Shown piece by piece: positions 57,711 to 64,000 of a DNA stretch of 64,000 bases. The stretch covers positions 13,424,300 through 13,488,299 of the forward strand of contig NC_068993.1 of assembly GCF_001194135.2 (NCBI RefSeq), read 5' to 3'. This stretch comes from Octopus bimaculoides (taxonomy: Eukaryota). How positions within the stretch are numbered: position 1 is the first letter of the stretch; every line of letters begins with the position of its first letter. The notes under the pieces are model-generated. The model was not told the origin of the DNA. It saw only the letters and a program-made list of their open reading frames with translations, and did no database searches. The translations under genes were made by a program, and so were the position numbers.

Positions 57711-58103
57711 GTGAAGGCGCAATGGCCCAGTGGTTAGAGTAGCGGACCTGCGGTAATAGGATCACGGTTTCGATTCCCAGACCGGTCGTTTTGAGTGTTT
57801 ATTGAGCGAAAACACCTAAAGCTCCACGTGGCTCCGGCTGGGGATGGTGTAGAACCCTGCTGTGCTCTTTCACCAGAACTTTCTATCACTCTTCTTCCTG
57901 TTTCTGTTGTACCTGTATTTCAAAGGGCCAGCCTTGTCACACTGTGTCACGCTGAATATCCCCGAGAACTACGTTAAGGGTACACGTGTCTGTGGAGTGC
58001 CCAGCCACTGGCACGTTAATTTAACGAGCAGGTTGTTCCGTTGATCGGATCAACTGGAACCCTCGACGTCGTAAGCGACGGAGTGCCAACACACACACAA
58101 CAC
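57711..58103 (+). mobile_element. Full-length SINE family C with 12-bp TSD ataagcctgtat
   Basis: Same family as 44467-44857 in the opposite orientation. The TSD is at 57699-57710 and 58104-58115. Confidence 0.92.
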
Positions 58104-58769
58104 ATAAGCCTGTATAGGCTGCGGTTAAGAGGCGTCAAATTTAAGGTCTGCCCCTGGTGTCATATTCTCATGGTAACCCACTGACCTGACGGTGGTCATA
58201 CAACAACAGCAACAAATACGACATTAATATAAGTGTCTGTGAAATTGTATGTATATGTATTAAATTTTGTAATGACCAATATCTATTACATCAGCAGGAA
58301 TAAACAATATAATTATTTTCGATAACACGCTGTATTCTCATTTGGAAATGAAACGGACTATTAATACAAATGAACATACACATGCACACACTTATAAGTA
58401 TCTCTATGCACATTCATATCTATTTTCCATTGGAGTGCATTCAATAACTTGTCAATAATTATGCTATGGTAATGTTATCCAATTCAATAGACCATGTTGT
58501 ATTGATATGTATTTTATTTCCCGTGAAATATTACACTCTGAAACAAAAGGGATTGATAGTTTTAATGTCATCGCATACTGTAATGTTTTGTCCTGTAGAT
58601 AAGATTTTGCTTTTAGATACAAGTTCATTCCGCATTGAGAAACGACACAATAAATATATTGTTGTTTCTGTTAATATTATTAATATCATTAACACGGTGA
58701 GCTGGCAGAATCGTTAGCAGGCCTACCCTTCTTTCTTGAAGGCATATATACATACCTTATTGAATGGTA

Positions 58770-59225
58770 TATAAAACACGCATTTGTTTCTTAGTAACTG
58801 TCTCATAAATTACCCTGTAATGTTGGGCTTCCCATAAGTCTTAATGCACATTTTTTGTTCCTGAATATGCGCTGCTGAAATGTGGGTGCGTCTCATATGC
58901 TTGTTCGCCTTTCATGTAAGTAAATGCGGTATTATAACAGACATCCTTGCCATGTAGTTTCTCCATTTTCAAGTGAGTACACTGTGATTGGAGGGAGATT
59001 TTTTCTGCGATATCTATTGAGTCAAGTGACACTGCAATGGATTCTCTATCGACTGAAAGTGTTAAATGTCTCATCTATGAAGAATAGTAGTTATTGGTTT
59101 CACTTTACACAGACATTAGTCGGTTCAATTTCGAAACCATTTTTCGATTCCGCAATCTTTACCAATATTGCTTTTCGAATACTTCTTGCACATATACAAC
59201 TTAAACACTTATTCTGATAAGTCAG
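58770..59225 (-). mobile_element. Highly degenerate hAT-family (ZMYM-like) transposase fragment
   Basis: Minus-strand frames give YQNKC..., IRKAILVKIAES, LFFIDETF, ENGETT, GEQAY...SSAYSG and NACFIYH. These are in the order of the hAT motifs IQNE / S...DET / GQ.YD.A..MSG / A.YIHC. There are many stops and frameshifts. Confidence 0.5.
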
Positions 59226-59784
59226 AAAGTAGAACAATAATATTATCTAATTTGTGAATTTCCCTTTGGTCTTTTATGAAATTTTCTGGAGATCTCTGTA
59301 AAAGCCATCCACAGGAGACATATAATTTGCATACAAAACTAAAGTGATAAATGTTTTATCGGTCTTCATGTGTATGCAACTGTTGACAATAATAAAACGT
59401 TAAAGTTCGCAGTAATATCAAGTTACTGTGACTCTCGACAGTTATATTTCCTTACCATCAACTATAATATTTAAAACGGAATGTTAGCAGTAAACCTTAT
59501 ATGCATACCACTCTCCTGAGTATATGCTATTAATTTTTAGTCACGTTCTGGTGACCGCAGTATAGCACGAGGTAAAAATCATAGCGAGTAGTTAAAAGTA
59601 AGACATACTTTCGTTTTACTTTCAGTATATTTACTTCGGCAGCGGAAAGAGCGGATCTTATGTCCTACGTATGAGTTTACTAATGGTTTCTCAATATACT
59701 TCTGCATTCACAGATTCTTAGTACACTCACAAATTTATGACAATTCTTAATTATTTTTTATCCATAATCCGATATAAGCGCAGG

Positions 59785-60165
59785 TATGGCTGTGTGGTTG
59801 AGAAGTTTCTTTTCCGAGCAGTACCCTAAGCAAGCATCATTTCCTGCAGTCCCAAACCAACTAAAGCCTTGTGAGTGGATTTGGTAGACGGAAACTGCAA
59901 GAAACTGGTACTATATATATGTGTGCGCTCATTTGTTTTGATATCATGTGATGGTTGTAAACGACTATCACCGTCATACCAGTGATGTTCGTTTCCAGTT
60001 TGCCACGAAAATTATGTCCAGCCGTGGGGAAGTATTACCGTGCTTGGAAGCAAGTGGTGTTTGAAGACAAGAAGGTTCTCCGACCGAAAAAGAAATCTGT
60101 GTCAACGAATTATGTCTGCTCCATGCAAGCATGGAAAAGTGGTCGTTAAGTGGTGATGATGGCTC
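59785..60165 (+). mobile_element. Chimeric SINE: family A head and middle joined to a different 3' half
   Basis: agcgcaggtatggctgtgtgg...aaagccttgtgagtggatttggtagacggaaac is followed by tcatgtgatggttgtaaacg...catggaaaagtggtcgttaa instead of the usual family A tail. Confidence 0.65.
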
Positions 60166-60754
60166 CACTATAAAAAAAATGGGTCACTTCAGAAAGTAGT
60201 GTTCTTCTTGACACCCATTCACCCACGTAGTGTAACGAAATATAACCTAACATTTAGCCTCAAAGGTAGCTGCTTTGGGAGAAAGAAGTAAACGCTTATC
60301 AAACTTATTCTATAAACTAGTTAGGATCCTTTCTCGAGCGATGTGTAGGATTGGCAAAGGATTTCATAAACACGGGAAAAAGAAAAAAAAGTTATTTGTT
60401 AAAACCACTGTCAGAAAATGCCAGGCAAACAAAAGTTGGTTTATTTTAAATATAACTATTAAAATACTCAATGTTACCTCACCTTGAGAAACAGTTCTTT
60501 TATCGAAACGACTTTGTCTAAAAAGCAGTTGGATCTTGAGCCTAGAGTGAACAGTTGACTGCATGCCGAAGTATATTCTTGTGTGATTGTACGTACGTCC
60601 AGCGTGTTTATACTTGTGAAAGTATGCTTAACAGGAAGAACAAATTCATATATACTCTAATAAATAACCGAGTGTCCATATACAGTTGATACACGGGTAT
60701 GCTGTTCTTGACTCTACCCTTAAAATAGCTACATTCTATTGGCTACGGCCAATA

Positions 60755-60788
<34 letters not shown>

Positions 60789-61543
60789 TTATTGGTGAGA
60801 TTGTTATGTCAGTGAGAAGTGATTAAAATGAAGCTAGATGTTGATTGAAAAAACAATACAGTTCATCGGAAATTTGTTAGCAATAACAACCATAATTTAT
60901 TTGGGATTAATTGCTACAGACCAGTTGCTTATCGGTTGGTTTCCATGACCACAAGACGTTTAAACTTCGTCGCTCCCTCATTTATTGTTAAACTTTAATG
61001 TTGAAAATATCACAAAAGGTCTTTATTACATTAATACAATTTCTCTTTATACTGTGTTCGATTTACATAAAACGTCATGCATATACAACGCATCGTACGC
61101 TCAATTGTTTCAATGTGCATATATTTGTCCTTATCACAACTAATATTTCATCCGTAACTATATCTTTGAATATCTATTAGCAAAGATGTAACTATTTCTG
61201 GCTCTATGAATTCCATTATTTCGAAATAACATGATCTGCGACATTTAAACACGTCCAATAAATTGCATAAATGATGAAGAACAAAACAAAAGGCAAATAA
61301 ATGAAAAAAAGTAACAACAGCAACACAAAACTAAAACTGAATTTCTTGCCAAACATCACATGGAAACAGTGCATGAAATTATCCATAGTGAACGATTAAC
61401 TTAGTTACATATATGCTAGTTATAAATATCTGTCTCTCTGCTTGCTTGTATGTCTGATTGCTTCTGTTGTATGTATTTATATGTAGATGTAACTATTAAC
61501 CAGTCAATGTAAATATTCACATTTGTCTGTCTGTCTGTCATAC

Positions 61544-61585
<42 letters not shown>

Positions 61586-61590
<5 letters not shown>

Positions 61591-61740
61591 TCTAGGGAGA
61601 GTCATTATGCAAAAACTATATATATGTATATTGTTGTGTCTTGGGGGAGTCGTTATGCAAAGACGATATATATGTGTGTGTATATGTTTCGTTGTATCTA
61701 GGGAGGGTCATTATGCGAAAACTATGTGTTTGTGTGTATA
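61586..61740. repeat. Three-copy tandem repeat with unit gtctagggRgagtcattatgcaaaaactat plus microsatellite spacer
   Basis: Copies start near 61590, 61637 and 61696. Confidence 0.8.
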
Positions 61741-61873
61741 TATATAACTGTTTGACACAGCTCTACATAATTTAAAGTTTCTTGGCTGTATAAGAAGTTC
61801 ACCACACCAGATGTTCAGAGACTGTCACCTATATTCTGATGAGGTGGGTATGTCACATGTATGTGTGTGAGTG

Positions 61874-61908
<35 letters not shown>

Positions 61909-62824
61909 ACGGAAGAAAGTGTAAGAGAGAGAGAGAGAGATCATTGTTAAGAGCGTATCAAATCATAATTGTGGGTGGTTGTTTGGCGTATCAATAGCGG
62001 CACACACATGCAAACACATCTATCTAAAATTACAACCCGTGCACGCACAAAACTGTAGTTATTAAATGTGATCACCCAACAGGAGGAGTAGCAGAAAAAA
62101 AAATTATATATATATCTCAAAGCGAAACCAGAGAATGTAACAAAGATCATTTAACTCGAACAAGAAAAGTGGAAACTTTAAAGATGGAAAAGAGATGGCG
62201 AAATATCGTAAAACATTTTGATCCCATCAAATAACTATCATTTATTGCGAGTGAATTTTGATGATTTCTGCCTTTTACCAGTATAATTTTAACCCTACTA
62301 CTTGAACCTTAGGGTATGTGATCTACCTGTGTGCTAAAATGATTAAAATCTGTTGGACGGAATGGGAGAAGTTAGAATAATCCCAAACACACAGACAGAC
62401 AGTCACCATTACACATTTATGAAAAAAGATTACTATACTCCTGAAACAGACCGTTGGAGCCCCACTGGCTAATTATCTAAACTGGACTACCTATATTTGT
62501 TCATTGGAAAGTCCAACCTCCATGCTTAAAACTTTATTTATTCACTTTCTCGTACGGAGTTATATTTTTATTCTTTAATGGTTTTAACATCGCTTTTTCT
62601 CTTTTAATTGGATAGTAGGTCAAGATATTTATATATAATTTTATACATCAACATTTTTATACCTCGATTTGATTTTTCTATTATGTTTGTATGTATTTAT
62701 GTATTCATAAATTTTTAATATGTTTGAATATTTAAATGACTGATGCATTGATATATTTTATTAAATGATATACATCGATTTATGGCTGAATATGTTTTTA
62801 TATTAAGTATTGAACCTACTTCAA

Positions 62825-63466
62825 GGATCCTGTTCAAAACGGGGGCACCAGTATTTTCTTAACGAACCACTTTCAAACTTGGGACACTGGTAGAATGTGT
62901 CATATAAAACATCTTTTTCTCTTAGTCTTCTTAACAAAAAAACGTACATCGCAAGTTATTTCATGTTAAAGTTGTCGTATTTCTGTAATTTCAACCAATG
63001 ACTGACGTCCATTCAGTCGATTACATTAAGTGCTGACTACGTAAACAAACGATTCGCAAACGATTCTGGCGGTGATAAAAGTATTATTTTCTTGTCAAAA
63101 AATGGCTGAAGCATATTGGCAGTAGGGTTAGGGTTAGGCAGTATCTAATAAACCTTTCATACAGTTCAGGCAGATGTTAACGAAATAAATACGCGTGAAA
63201 GAAAATGAAAAAAGCAAATGTTGTACGAAATTATAAATGGAGATTAAATACGCTTTACACCGCTTAAACGGCCAAAGGAGTAAGTGTAAACAGCTGAATA
63301 CTTGTCAGTGATTGGTTGAATTTATCGAAATAAATTCGAATACAAAAATTTTTTTCTGTTCTATAACACAAAATAGATAAGTATACGAAGTTTGAAAGTC
63401 TTTCGGTACGAAAAACACTACATAAAACATTAATGAAAACTGGTGCCCCTGTTTTGAACAAGATCC
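62825..63466. mobile_element. Merlin-like non-autonomous DNA transposon (642 bp), 28-bp TIR, perfect 8-bp TSD tacttcaa
   Basis: TIR ggatcctgttcaaaacgggggcaccagt matches actggtgcccctgttttgaacaagatcc at 26/28. The TSD is at 62817-62824 and 63467-63474. The GG...CC ends with an 8-bp TSD fit Merlin/IS1016. Confidence 0.85.
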
Positions 63467-63794
63467 TACTTCAATTCTCCTCTTAAATATTATTCATATC
63501 TTGCGTCTCGGGTTCTCTACCTGACCACTTCATACTGCTGCCTACATAATACAATTTTTTTTTATTATATATACGTATCAATTCACAAACGCAGACACAG
63601 ACTCTCACACACACAAATTAATATATACAAACACTCATCGATATTTGTCTTGGTGCATCCTATTTCCGTACACATGCACCTATGAATGAGTTTACACATA
63701 CGATCGTGTGTGGTTTACAGTACAATAAACAATACCTTAAATATTTAGATTAGAATGTGATTGTAATGCATTTGTCTTCTTTCATTTCTCTCAG

Positions 63795-63869
63795 GTTCAC
63801 CTTACCATAATGACAAAGATGCCTGCAAACACATACAGTTGGTGAAAGCCTCCACGTTGTATTTGTTAC
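63795..63869 (+). CDS. Probable coding exon F of the same gene (75 nt, phase 1->1): (G)SPYHNDKDACKHIQLVKASTLYLL
   Basis: Acceptor is ttcatttctctcag and donor is TAC|gtaagt. Only the phase-1 frame is open throughout. The G.P.....AC pattern fits the end of the repeat begun in exon D. It needs an unseen phase 2->1 exon between D and F. Confidence 0.65.
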
Positions 63870-63956
63870 GTAAGTATTTTTTTGAAATTTAGCATATCCA
63901 TGTTTATACTTATCCTCCTTTAATTATCTATTTATCTCGATAGATTATCTATCTAG

Positions 63957-64000
<44 letters not shown>

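Overview
This is AT-rich, microsatellite- and SINE-dense animal genomic DNA from a draft assembly with 12 N-gaps, most of them next to (TA)n/(CA)n tracts. The repeat content points to a cephalopod, probably Octopus. Nearly all ORFs in the supplied track are microsatellite or gap artefacts. One real protein-coding gene crosses the window on the + strand. Four exons with canonical splice sites (8307-8477, 13413-13519, 30930-31038, 42015-42318) join in frame into about 230 aa of a cysteine-rich, probably extracellular repeat protein. From memory it resembles the uncharacterised invertebrate DUF7042/DUF7043-type (LP06548p-like) family. A probable later exon lies at 63795-63869. Its phase implies at least one more exon that I could not find and that probably sits in an assembly gap. 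Both gene ends lie outside the window. The introns (5-21 kb) contain three or more tRNA-derived SINE families, a rearranged RTE LINE, a Merlin-like MITE with an 8-bp TSD, mariner, hAT and MULE-like relics, a perfect 48-bp inverted repeat and several local duplications. There is no CRISPR array, rRNA or credible tRNA gene.
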